DNA of 64,000 nucleotides from Epithemia pelagica (Eukaryota > Protista > Bacillariophyta), in contig OX337238.1 in NCBI GenBank assembly GCA_946965045.2, positions 1,612,001-1,676,000 of the forward strand. Reading direction: 5' to 3'. Shown here one piece after another: positions 42,198-53,200 of the stretch. Position 1 is the first letter of the stretch; each line of letters starts with the position of its first letter. A program made the position numbers and the translations under genes. The notes under the pieces are model-generated. The model saw only the letters and a list, made by a program, of their open reading frames with translations. It was not told the origin of the DNA and did no database searches.

Positions 42198-43092
42198 CTA
42201 GTACGCCTTGTCCTCATGATCCAAGTAATCGGGACCAAAAAGCCCGTTTTGCTGCGTACCGATGAAGTCTTCTTGGGTCTCGAGAAATCCATCATCGGCA
42301 TACGAATCAATGGATGTCCGGTATGCACGGGAAGGATTGCTAAAGAACAAAGGAGGAGACGACGGGATGTTTTCTCCCAATGCCAGCGACTCATTCAAAG
42401 TCTGGCGAGGGTCTGTCGCTCCACTTTCCTTCACCTGTTCCTCAGCAATCCGACGCTGGAAAGCATGCTTCTGGGAGGGGGTCAGTGCGAAAGCTCGAGA
42501 CGCCACCTTCGGGGAAGAAGTTACTTTCTTCGGGGTCACATAAGACTCTGGAGTCTTGTTCTCGACGTCGTCCTCCTTCTTGATCTCCTTCTCGGGCTTG
42601 CTGTCGGGCTTGTTGTTGGGTTTGGTGTCTGTGGCAGCAGAGGGCGCGTCGTGAGAAAGGGAGACTCAAAACCAACAATGAACAATCAAACTTACCTTCT
42701 TTGCCGACAGCCTCGATCGCAAGGAGCTCTGCCGCGATATCCGACAGGTTAGCGCATTCGACGTCCTTGTTGCTGACGAAGAACACTGGGATACCATCTT
42801 CATCCCCAATGGTGAGTTGCCACTGTTTTGCGCGCTCGTGCCACGACGAAGGACCCTCAAGGTTGAAGGTCACATGCTTCTTTGTCGAAGCGGGAGACTT
42901 CGTCGTCATCGTCTTCTTCTTCTTCGACGTTTTGTTGTCCACGGCCGTCTTTGTCTTCATTTTCTTGTTTGCCTTGTTTCCCTTGTTTCCCTTGTCGGAG
43001 GGAAATGCGGTTGTGGAGGGAGCTGCGGCGGAGTCCTCCTGCTCCTTCATCGCAGACTCAGCTCGTTTGGTAGCACTACGCGTCTGGCGCAT
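42198..43092 (-). CDS. Two-exon Lys-rich, largely disordered protein (cargo of the 9.7-kb element)
   Basis: ATG at 43092. GT-AG intron 42695-42629 (67 nt; GTAAGT donor, CAG acceptor) joins ...AVGKE|DTKPNNKPDSK... in frame to TAG at 42198-42200. Confidence 0.7.
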
Positions 43093-43263
43093 CGTTGGAA
43101 AGTGAGAACACAATAGGGATTCGTTCGTTTGATTGTTGTGTTTGTTTGTTTGATTGTTGCCCGCTCTCCGTTCTTGTGTCATCTAGGGAATCCCCCCGCG
43201 CTCATTCGTGAACAATATCGGCGCGCGCCACAAAATCAACTTGCAGCATGAAGCAACTTCCGA

Positions 43264-43836
43264 ATGACCCGCCGTGCAATGGAACAATCAAACAGAGACG
43301 ACAGGAAGAGGCAAGGAAGAACAAACAAGATGACCAACATGAGGACGAAGTTCGAGTTCAACGAAGAGGATGGCCGTGAGGGTGGTGCTGGTCTCCCGTT
43401 CAAGTCGTGCTTTTATGCCAGCGATGTTTGCGCGCTCATCGGGCCCATGTCGAGAAACAAGGACACTGGCCACAACATCGTTGACCGTGGCCATCTGCTT
43501 GTGCAGCGGGAGCTTGCAACCGACTACCTACGGATTGCAGTCTTTGACCGGGATGCAACAAGCGAGCATGAGGAACCAGCGTTGGTTGTTCCAGTTGGGT
43601 TCATTGCTCTGTCGCACCTGGACCAGGTCTCTGGAAAGACGAGCAAGAACGGACCTCCCATGGGACGCATCCGCCTCTACACACGCTGCTCCATCAACCC
43701 TAAAGCCTGCATGGAACCCCAGGTTGTTACAATCTACATGGGCAGCAAGGATATGGATCGCTTCAACATTTCGCTTGGTGCGATGATGCTCAAGCACCCG
43801 CTTCAAAATCTCTTCTTTAATCATCAACAAGCCTAG
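43264..43836 (+). CDS. 190-aa hypothetical protein (cargo), divergent from the Lys-rich gene
   Basis: ATG-TAG ORF with coding-like composition and an alternating hydrophobic beta pattern ending in a helix; family not recognised. Confidence 0.6.
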   Translation: MTRRAMEQSNRDDRKRQGRTNKMTNMRTKFEFNEEDGREGGAGLPFKSCFYASDVCALIGPMSRNKDTGHNIVDRGHLLVQRELATDYLRIAVFDRDATSEHEEPALVVPVGFIALSHLDQVSGKTSKNGPPMGRIRLYTRCSINPKACMEPQVVTIYMGSKDMDRFNISLGAMMLKHPLQNLFFNHQQA

Positions 43837-45270
43837 ATAGTGAACAATGTAGCAGCGTTTTATGATTATCATTTGAGTAGGATCTTCATTCTCTATGAAT
43901 ACAATCTAATTCTATAGTTGTGTTACGTTTACCGTACAATACATTGCGTTCAGGTACGGCTGTGTGAGTCACAACAAAGAAAAGAACATCAATCTTTGTT
44001 GTGAACGACGCAACTTCTAGTCTAAGTTCCATATATCTAACGAGAAGAATATCAATTTTTGACGTGAACAACGCTACAAGTGTTCATAGTCTTTGTTCTA
44101 TCTTCTATCATTCGATTCTACAATAGAGGTGCATTGGTTGCACCAAGTTTTGCCGTGAGTCGCCGTAGTAAATCGCGCGGCGACCACCTTCAACTAGATA
44201 AAACGACACCTACAAAACGAATGCAGCGCCGACATCGTTCTCCATGCTCAGCCCATGAATGGAGAAGAGGTTCAGAGCATGGGATCATGGAGCCGTCTCC
44301 TATTTGGCAAGAGATCGGTCAAAAGGACCGTTCACCATGGTCAATTTTTGGTAGAACGGTAGAGGCATAAATAGAAGGGTATATTAAGGGGATGGCTTGC
44401 GCGGATTACGTAGATTTCCTACTGGAGCGCTACGTCAGGAACATTCTGTCTGAACTCAGCTTGTAGGGCGAAGCCAGTTATTACAGTTGGCTTGGACGTT
44501 ATAATAATGTGCTAAATCAAAAGAAATTTGAATGAAATAATTTTTACATTTTTTAGGAAAATTTGGGAATAACCGTATGGACAGCAGACGGGAGGTACCC
44601 CCGCAATCGGAGGGATATCCTCCGTTGCTATGTATACTATGAGCTATGAGCGCTCGATTGTGGATCTCATAGCCCCATTCCGTTGGATGGGGACCATGGT
44701 CATGGCCGATCTAAAAGCATCTTTGCACCCTTTCTCTCTATACTCATCCATGATCCGCACAACAAGTTTTGGCTCGTCCTACCAAGGGGCGAGGGCATGA
44801 CACTAGAAGGTGCTGTTTGTTTCTATTGCGTGCGACTAGCTAGGAGCACACTTCAAAAAGGAAACTTTTGGATTATGTATCTACGATCGTAGGCATCCTA
44901 GGTCCTATTGCTTGAGTATATGGCATCGCTTCTCGATCGGCCACAACAGAGGGAACACATCCATCGTGTTGTGAAAGCTTGGGGAGGAGATCAACGATGA
45001 TCGACTTTTGCACAAACACCACGGGTCTACTAGAGACAACTGCAATGTCCAGAACTCTACCGCAATGATAACAGAAACTCAATGAACGGAGAACGCCTCC
45101 CTCCTGATTCCTAGGGGATGCAAACGAGTCGAAAGCCCCATTCATTAATCGATAGTAGTAACTAAATAGCAATCATATAGATGAAAGGTGCACCAACAGG
45201 ACACCCGCATTTCTTCAGTTTGTGTCCCACACCTCCACCGGCCTCGCCCCGGGAAACGTGGATGACACAA

Positions 45271-45948
45271 TTAGATTTCCACGTACATTTGCAGACCATC
45301 CTCGGCTCGATTCAACAAGGCCTTGCCCATGGCCGGGTACCCGCTGCGACCCCAAAAGTTTTGGAATCCATCCTGGTCGACACCCCACTGCGTTTCCAAC
45401 ATGACAACACACTCTCGCATGTCTTGGTTACAATAATAATCTTGAAAGGCAAGCAACTGTTTGTAGTCAATCCATTCGCCATGATCCACCAATTGATAAG
45501 CCACTTCTGCGCCACTGTTGAGGTATCCTAGGACAGGTTCTGGCATGGGGGACATGTCGACCGTCACGTCCAAGTGCCTGTTTTCACTCTTGAGGATCGT
45601 CGACGCCATGTACACAGTACCAGGCCCATGACTGATGGTACCAGTGGCATGAAGGGCGGCAGCCTCCACATCGTCCTCAAACAAGTCCATTTCGGAACAC
45701 TTAAAACCTCTATGGGGATGCTTGCAGTTTTCAGGCTTGTTGTAAATGAGCCACCATGATGTAACGGCACGAGGATACACCATCATCTTGTCGTCTTCGT
45801 CATCATGCTTGGCCTTCTTGTCCTTTTTGCCACGCTTGTCACTATAACCACTCTTTTGTTTCTTTCCCAAGGCCCGAGCATATTGATCCGCCACACAAGA
45901 GTTGGCCCACAACAAGGTGAAACTTACAAGGAGGGTCGGTACTTTCAT
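45271..45948 (-). CDS. 225-aa predicted secreted protein
   Basis: Signal peptide MKVPTLLVSFTLLWANSCVA, diatom-style RALGKK and Lys/Asp-rich linker, then a globular domain AVTSWWLIYNKPENC...CSEMDL...HATG. Confidence 0.75.
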   Translation of the reverse strand: MKVPTLLVSFTLLWANSCVADQYARALGKKQKSGYSDKRGKKDKKAKHDDEDDKMMVYPRAVTSWWLIYNKPENCKHPHRGFKCSEMDLFEDDVEAAALHATGTISHGPGTVYMASTILKSENRHLDVTVDMSPMPEPVLGYLNSGAEVAYQLVDHGEWIDYKQLLAFQDYYCNQDMRECVVMLETQWGVDQDGFQNFWGRSGYPAMGKALLNRAEDGLQMYVEI

Positions 45949-46130
45949 GATCATCTCGTCCAAAAGAAAACAAACAATGGATACACAATTAGGATTGAAG
46001 CTCGATCCTCTCAGAAAATTGTGTCCAGGGTCCAGGCACACCTTTTTTCGAAATCGAGATCTTTGTGGAAAGGAGGGTATCTTTCGCGCGTGTGTCGTGT
46101 TCTCTGCTTCCTTTCACTTTCGACGAGTGA

Positions 46131-46608
46131 GGCCGTTCCTTGATATTCTGCAAAAACAAAAATCGACACATGACATCACCTTTTTGTAGACAATTGCGCG
46201 ACACGCCCTCCTTTGGCATTTACAAAACCAAAACCTATAACCGCACTTTTTCCCCCAAGGCCCCCAATAGTCCCCATATTCACTTTGATTTTTATAGACT
46301 AAAATTATCAAAGTAGGACATTATGAGCTTCCTCTTCATTGAGGTTAGGGGGACCGTTGGAGTCGAACGCGCGCCGTTCAAATCCTTAACCGTCATTTTT
46401 GTTTCTGTAGGGCCCAATGTACACTAGCAAGAAGAAAGCACTATCCCTAATGTCTGTTCAGCTTTTGCCGGCCTGCAAAAGTTGGACCCAACTTTTGCAG
46501 CCTCAAAAGCTGAAACAGCGTCGAACCCGGATTTGACGCCATATTTCCGGGTATTTTGTGACGTGTCACGCTCCAACTTTTGTTTTTGCAGAATATCAAG
46601 GAACGGCC
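46131..46608. mobile_element. 478-bp non-autonomous PIF/Harbinger-type (Tourist-like) MITE
   Basis: 31-bp perfect TIRs GGCCGTTCCTTGATATTCTGCAAAAACAAAA; 3-bp TSD TGA at 46128-46130 and 46609-46611; no coding capacity. Confidence 0.88.
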
Positions 46609-47167
46609 TGAGTAAAAATTTTCGTCGTTCCGCCCATCTGACCAATGTTCCGTCGATCGACTGGAAGTGACAGTGACCAGCGAAACCGGTCGGACTCGGA
46701 CGACATTTCAGTAACTGACCAAAATATGTCTGACCAAATTTGAAGTTTGTATGCTCCTTTGTCCGTCCTCTAGTTTATGGCTTGAATCCATTCCGCTGCG
46801 TTGCCTTTCATAAAAGGATAACCATATGACATCATGGCATTTAAAGAGGGTTGCTCGGACTGGTCGATTGAGAGAGAAAGCGCCTTTTCTTGTGTTGGTG
46901 TGGGGATGACAAATGTCAAATGATAACTTCATCATGCACTACAACTTAAAGTGGACCTTTCATCTGGTTCTTTATACAAGGATTTATCGAATTAAGAAAG
47001 CGATATTGCAAGCACAATCGGCAGTGATGGCAACGCGTAGGACTTCGACTTATGGCTGCCTACAACTGGTCTAAAATAGCGGGTAGGGGTCTTAGAGTTA
47101 CTCCTAAGGTACCTTATCGATCCGTGGCTAGAGAGGTGACGTGATCGGTCAGTCCGAATGAGATCAG

Positions 47168-47290
47168 TACCCCCAAGCAGGGGTGACTTTAGGTCGCACA
47201 TAAGTCGTACCTAAAGGTACATTCTCGAGAAGGAGAATGCACATCGTGCATTCAGACACGCGGGACTGGACTCACACCTGCTTGGGGGTA
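47168..47290. mobile_element. 123-bp MITE with a 10-bp TSD (Mutator-like TSD length)
   Basis: TIRs TACCCCCAAGCAGG(G/T)GTGA (18/19 identical); direct repeat ATGAGATCAG at 47158-47167 and 47291-47300. Confidence 0.85.
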
Positions 47291-48297
47291 ATGAGATCAG
47301 TCGCTCCGTCAAGTCAGTGATACTCGCATTGTGCTCGCTGGTGACATAGGCCGCTCGATCTCAATGGCACAATGTTAAGCCTCCACATAGGCAAAAAATA
47401 CTAAGCTCCATACTGTTTCGAAAAACATTTCAGAATTCCATATTCCATGGCGCCAAATTTCTTGGTTGCGCGAGAAAAATGAGTGTGTTCTGGTTTCGCC
47501 GGGTTGACGAGAGCGTAGACTCTACTTACCGGTAACCGGTAGGCGGAGGTAGTATCTTTGTGCATCCGCACATTTGGATTTTGGGAAGGACAATTGAAAA
47601 CATAACTCCAAACCCAGAAGGAGAAGGGTCTAGATTTAGGGTTACCAAACAATACCAAGACACCAACAAAGACCAAATCCGGAAAGTTGTTTGTGCGAGT
47701 CGACGCAACAGGGACAGAGGAAAATATCTTGAAAGTTCTCACCAGACCCTGGTTACGAGTACGAGTTGAGAGTGAGACTCCACATTGAATCTTGAATCTG
47801 CAAGATGATAATGGAGTGGGATCTTTCTTTGTCTCAGTTCAAGAATCCTTCGGGTCCTACTCCTAACTATTGGCATCATGGTTCATGGTTCATGGTCTAC
47901 AGGTAGTCTAGATTTTTCTCGTTTGAGTCTTTTGTGCGACTATAAGACGACCTCAATAAAGCGACTCAAAATGAATCTTTCGCATTATTTAAGGAATTCC
48001 ATCGAAGCTGCGAGCGCGTCGATCCACTTAATGAATCGTCACACGAGCGCTCTGAACACTGAAAATCAATTCCATCGAATTCATTTGGCAGTCCATGGAT
48101 CCACCTTCACACGTGCCGTGGTTGTTGTTGTTGGTAACAACATGGCAGATGACAAATGACAGATGACACAGAACTATTGATCGGGGAGGAGATCTTTTTT
48201 ATCTTTTCGACGTTCCATATCATCCCATAAAATCTTTTTTCTTGCCAGTTTGACCTTGAGCTCCGTTCTGCCAACATCACCTCGCCATTCATCCATC

Positions 48298-48730
48298 ATG
48301 TCGTCGGAAAAGAAAAAGAGTGACTTGCAGTTGCTGCAAGAATTTGAAATTGGTGGAGAAAAGCTCAAGAATCGAGTTGTCCTTTCGCCCATGACGCGTG
48401 CTCGGTACGTTGCTTTTGGTTTGGTTGGATCCCTGTTTCCTTGATGTGGTCTTCTCCTCACACACGTCGCTATTGTCATTTTCTCACACCGCTGCGTCCA
48501 ACTATTCCTCTTTAGTTGCACTCCGACGGAAGATCCCTTTGACAAGACCAATACCATGGCCAACGAGGTGATGGCCGAGTATTACGAACAACGAGCCAAT
48601 GCCGGCTTAATTGTGACGGAGGGCACGTTTTTTAGTGAAGAATGTTCGGGATGGCGCAATGCGCCATGGATTCAAACGGAAGAACATGTTGCGGCGTGGA
48701 AACCGGCGATTGACCGCGTCCACAAGGCTG
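48298..48730 (+). pseudogene. Old Yellow Enzyme (NADH:flavin oxidoreductase) 5' part, interrupted by a copia insertion
   Basis: Exon 1 48298-48404 (LKNRVVLSPMTRAR); GT-AG intron 48405-48515; exon 2 YYEQRANAGLIVTEGT...WKPAIDRVHKA breaks exactly at the LTR start, 48731. Confidence 0.88.
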
Positions 48731-48967
48731 TGTCGCAACAGACGATGTTGCTGTTGCTCAAAGTCGTACACAGCGGAGAGTTGATGCTCCACTATGGTCA
48801 ACTTGGTTCGATGATGCGGCTAACGACGAAAAGGAAGATCAAAACAACAGATTTGGAAATTATGGTGACAGTGGGAATTTGAATCTATCTACTTTCCCAT
48901 GCCGACACGCGCGCTACAAGACTGCCCGTCAACCCCACTGATGGACAGTACGCCCCACTTTGTGACA
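48731..48967 (-). repeat. 3' LTR of the second copia element
   Basis: Bounded by TGTC/GACA, abuts the PPT, and marks the OYE breakpoint; no second copy in the window. Confidence 0.8.
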
Positions 48968-51900
48968 CTCCCTCTCAGACGTAGTAGCCGCGTAAATGTA
49001 TAATCGTGCATGATTACCATCCAGCCAACATCTTTCTTGCTCGTTGAAATAAAGTCTTATGCAGTCCTTTTGTCAGACAGTCCGCCACTTGTTCGTCCGA
49101 TGCGACTTTGACCAAGCGGATGTTACCATTGTACACATGCTCTTTGAAGAAATGGTACTTGACTGCAATATGTTTGGAGCGAGGAGTCATTTGTGGTGAT
49201 GTGGCCAACAAGATGGTTCCGTTGTTGTCCTCAAATACTTTTGAATATGCTCTGCAAGGGAGCTCATCGATGTTGAACATGGCTTTGATTTCATCCACTA
49301 AACCCCGTAGTGGAATGAGGTCTCTCATGGCAAGGCTGAGGGCAATGTACTTGGCCTCCATGGTTGATACGGCAATTTCTGTCTGCAACTTAGATACCCA
49401 ATGGACTGGACAATTACCAACCATCAAAACATAGCCGGTCCTTGACTTCACACAAAGCAGATCCTGTGGATCCTCACTATTCCACTGCCCCGCGAAATCA
49501 GCATCCACGTAACAATCAACGGACAGGCAATCCTTTGAGAAAGTCAGGATCATCCCTTGATCTCTTGTTCCCTTCAAATATCGGCAGATGCGTTTGACTG
49601 CTTTGGCATGTGATGCCTTGGGGTTGTGTGTGAGTCTTGCACACTGGTGCACGGCGTAGGCAATCTCTGGGCGTGAGTTGGACGCCAAATGCAGCAACAT
49701 ACCGACCACTGACGCGTAGCTCCACTGTTCTGCGTAGTCCTCTCCGTCTTGATCTTTACCAAGCGGCTTTTGGCTCTCTGGAGTCTTGTCCGGGTTGCAA
49801 TCTTGTAGCCCGGTCGCGTTCAATACTTTGTTGTCGATAAGCCCGTATTGCTTCAACTTGATTTGCCCGTTGTTGAGACGTTCGAAGTCAATTCCAAGGT
49901 ACGCCGATACGTCACCTTCAACTGTCATCTCCAAATCGTCTTTCAATGATTCCAATACTTTCATAATGCGTGCTTTGTCTGGTCCAGCCCAAATTACATC
50001 ATCAATATAAACAAGGCACAGGATTCGTTTGGTTGGTTCGTAGAAGAGACAAGGATCAAATGCGCTCTGCTTGAATCCACGTTGTTCTAAATGACCCTTG
50101 AGATGGTCATACCACGAAAGGGGTGCTTGCTTCAAGCCGTAGAGACTCTTCTTTAGATGCAAGACATACTCTTCGCCATCTTCAGTGTCCGGTGCAAAGT
50201 CCTTCGGCAGTTCCATGTACACATCCTCTGTGAGGAATGCTTGTGCAAAAGCGTTCGTGTAGTCTGTTTGCACCGTTTCCCAGTTGTACACAAGGACCAT
50301 CAACAATACAAGCCGAATCGTTATCCATTGGACAACAGGTGCGTAGGTTTCGAAATAATCCAAGCCGTAGGTTTGCTTGTCACCTCGGACACACAATCGT
50401 GCTTTGAGTTTTCGCACTGAACCTTCTGGATAGCGCTTTCTCCCAAATGCCCAAGTGGACGGTAAGGCTTTGCCGCCATGCTTTTCCATCTCGGATCGGA
50501 GTGTCATCACCCAGGTGCCCTTGTCTTCCAGCTCTTTTACTTCATTTCCCATGGCAGCTACGTAGCCCTCACGGTCATCTCCAGTCATTGCCTCATAGTA
50601 TGACGGCAAATCCGGATTGTTCTTTTTGCTAGATGCTTGGTACACGATTGGATCGCGGAATCCAAAAGTGTCAGAGTCGGTATCCAAGTCAAGGAACGCT
50701 TGGTATGCTGCACTTGTCGTCTCGTTGGTGACAAATGCTGCGAAGCTCGCTAGGGCCTGGTACCCTGCACCCTGTGTGCCATCATACCCCCATCGTAATG
50801 GTGCTTTTCTTGTTCGTCCGGAACGACGGAGAGACGGGGACGGTTCTGGTTGTGGTTGTGGTTGTTGCTGTGGTGAAGAAGGTGGCTCTTCAATGGCTGC
50901 CGGAGGTTCTTCTTCAACTGGCTGCAATGGTTCTTCTTGTTGTTGAGGCGGATTTGGTTCGGATGGTTGATCGTCTGTTGCAGGCTTGTCCTGCTCCCTC
51001 TGTTGAGCCGTTGTATCTGGTTCAGGAGGATCGTTTTGATCGACAAAGCGGACTCGTTGTTGAGTGTTGCGGATTTGAGATGACCGATCTACATGGTCTT
51101 CATGCTGGTCTACCCATTCATCTGCCAAGGTAATCGGATCATCCTCATCGAAGGCGTAGTGGTAACGGGAATCCGCAAACAGTTGTGTCCACTCGCTTTG
51201 ATCAAACGGACGATCAGGACTGGCTCCAATTACGTTCGTAAACCAGTCGTCAAAGACGACGTGGAATTGCGGTAAAATGTGTCCCGTTTTTGTGTTGAGG
51301 ACTAGTGGGACCCTGGACGAGTGTCGTTTGGAAAAACCAAAGAAGATTCCACGACGTGACCTTGGCTTCCATTTTGGGAGCTTGTGTCCATCTTGGAGAG
51401 TTGGATCCAAGACGTAACAGGGGCATCCCCATACATGCATGTCTTCAAGAGCTTGTCTGCCCACTTTTGATTTCATAATCATTTCCATGGGAGACATCAT
51501 GCCGGTGCTGGTACGTGGCATGTGGTTATGTTGGAATACAACATAGTCAACTGCCATCGGCCACAGACTAGTATCTGCAGCGTCTGGCCACCGAATGGCT
51601 GCATGGAGCAAAATGGTGCGTGCCTTTGAAAGGATGGTTCCGATTCCACGTTCGGCAATCCCATTTTGATGATGGGCACCGACGCCACTGAACTTTATGT
51701 TTTGCAAGCCAGATTCAATTTCGTTGACAAAGGCTTTCGACGCGAAGATTCCGTTATCCGACTGGTACGCTTGCACGGTAATGCCGAAATCGAACATGCG
51801 CTTTTCGTAACGCTGTTTAGCGGCAATGGTTTCGGTGGCGGTGAAATTGACCAAGTGTTCAATATGGATGTCCCCGGTGGCGTGGTCGACAAAGATACAC

Positions 51901-53200
51901 CCACCAGAGTACATGCTGTCCTCGTGAGACTGGCCTCGAGACGAATAGAGGCGGCCCTTTTGCTTGACGACAAAATGATCCATGGAAACGCGTTGAACGG
52001 GGAACAACTGGTCTTTCTTCAAGCCATACTCCCTCTCGCGGACAATCGTTTTCGTGGAGGTATCAGTCGGACGCCGTTTTGTTTTGCCAAATTGACAACT
52101 GGCGCACTTGGGCCATTCACACTTGGATGCAGCCTTGATGAGAGAGGACGGACCAAGGGCTCCAGATTGCATGAGACGTTGAATAGCCGCCAAACCATGA
52201 TGGCACAACCGATAGTGCCATTTCATAAGTTCTTTTTGTGCGGTCGTCAGGTTTGGATTTTGTGTGTGGGTGACACATGCTTGATTCACCGACGGAGAAG
52301 GTTGAACATTCGCCATAGTGCACGTAGGAAGGTTGTTTTCTGGATGGTATGAGATGCTTGCAACTTTGCCGTCTACGGTTTCGAACCGGAGAGTCGAACC
52401 ACGGATCACGAAACTTTCAAGCACGTTCTCGGCGGACGTGGCTTCTTTGTGTTGCAAGTAGCTTTGCGGAGAAAATAAGCGGCAACGAGCGGTGGAGACA
52501 TGGTAAGCCGGTGCTTCCATTTCGGTGTAGCTCCCGTCGTCAAGTTGCATTCTCCAGAGGACGATTCCGGTTCCATCTATTGGGAGGCCTTTAGCCAATC
52601 CTTGCAGCACTGAACCAGTTTGGGCAGAGTATTCAACAAAATCGTCTCGAAATGGGGTGATGGTGATCGTTGCACCAGAATCGATCGTGACCGAAAAGGT
52701 TGAGGCGGAGGATTCCGAAAGAAAGTTCCAAGCCAACGGTGCTCCCTCTGTTGACGGTTCGGCGGTGTTTGCTTGTGCTTGATGAGGGACAGCCGTGGGA
52801 AACAGAATGGAGAAAGACAGTTCTTCAAGCGGGTCAGGGTCAGGAGGTTTTGGAAACGGAGAAGGTGGAGGATCGTCGTCTGCTGGGCTTGCATCGTCAA
52901 GGTCATGACGCTTGCGTCTCCGTCGTCTACGCCATCGTGGTGGAAGGTAGAAGGTTCGTCGATGATACTTGAAAGCAAGGGTGATTTTGCTATTGGGTTG
53001 CCCAAACAAGCGTCGATGGTAGACGCGACTTGCAAAGGCAAGCGATGGAAACTTGGTGAGCGGTGCATCAATTCCCAAAACGAAGGAATGTGTGCTCATC
53101 ATCACACCCAAATAGCAACAGAACAGACCAGGCAATACCAAGATCGGCAAGAAGCGAAAGCAGCGACGAGTTTTGCGAGTGGTTGAACGGCGAGGTTTTT
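48731..53200 (-). mobile_element. Second Ty1/copia element; 3' LTR and pol only, gag and 5' LTR absent from the window (upper end approximate)
   Basis: 237-bp LTR 48731-48967 (TGTC...GACA); PPT GAGAGGGAG at 48968-48976; pol ORF immediately upstream. Confidence 0.9.

Larger units (their letters stand above)
34753..44463 (+). mobile_element. 9711-bp IS630/Tc1/mariner-superfamily DNA transposon carrying cargo genes
   Basis: 34-bp imperfect TIRs CAAGCTGAGTTCAG-(GGAGT/ACAGA)-ATGTTCCTGACGTAG at 34753-34786 and 44430-44463 (31/34 identical). TA on both outer flanks (34751-52, 44464-65). Encloses a DDE transposase. Confidence 0.9.

Noticed and set aside
46340-46400. tRNA-like look of GGGGGACCGTTGGAGTCGAAC...
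   Set aside because: No consistent cloverleaf or A/B boxes; it lies inside the MITE.
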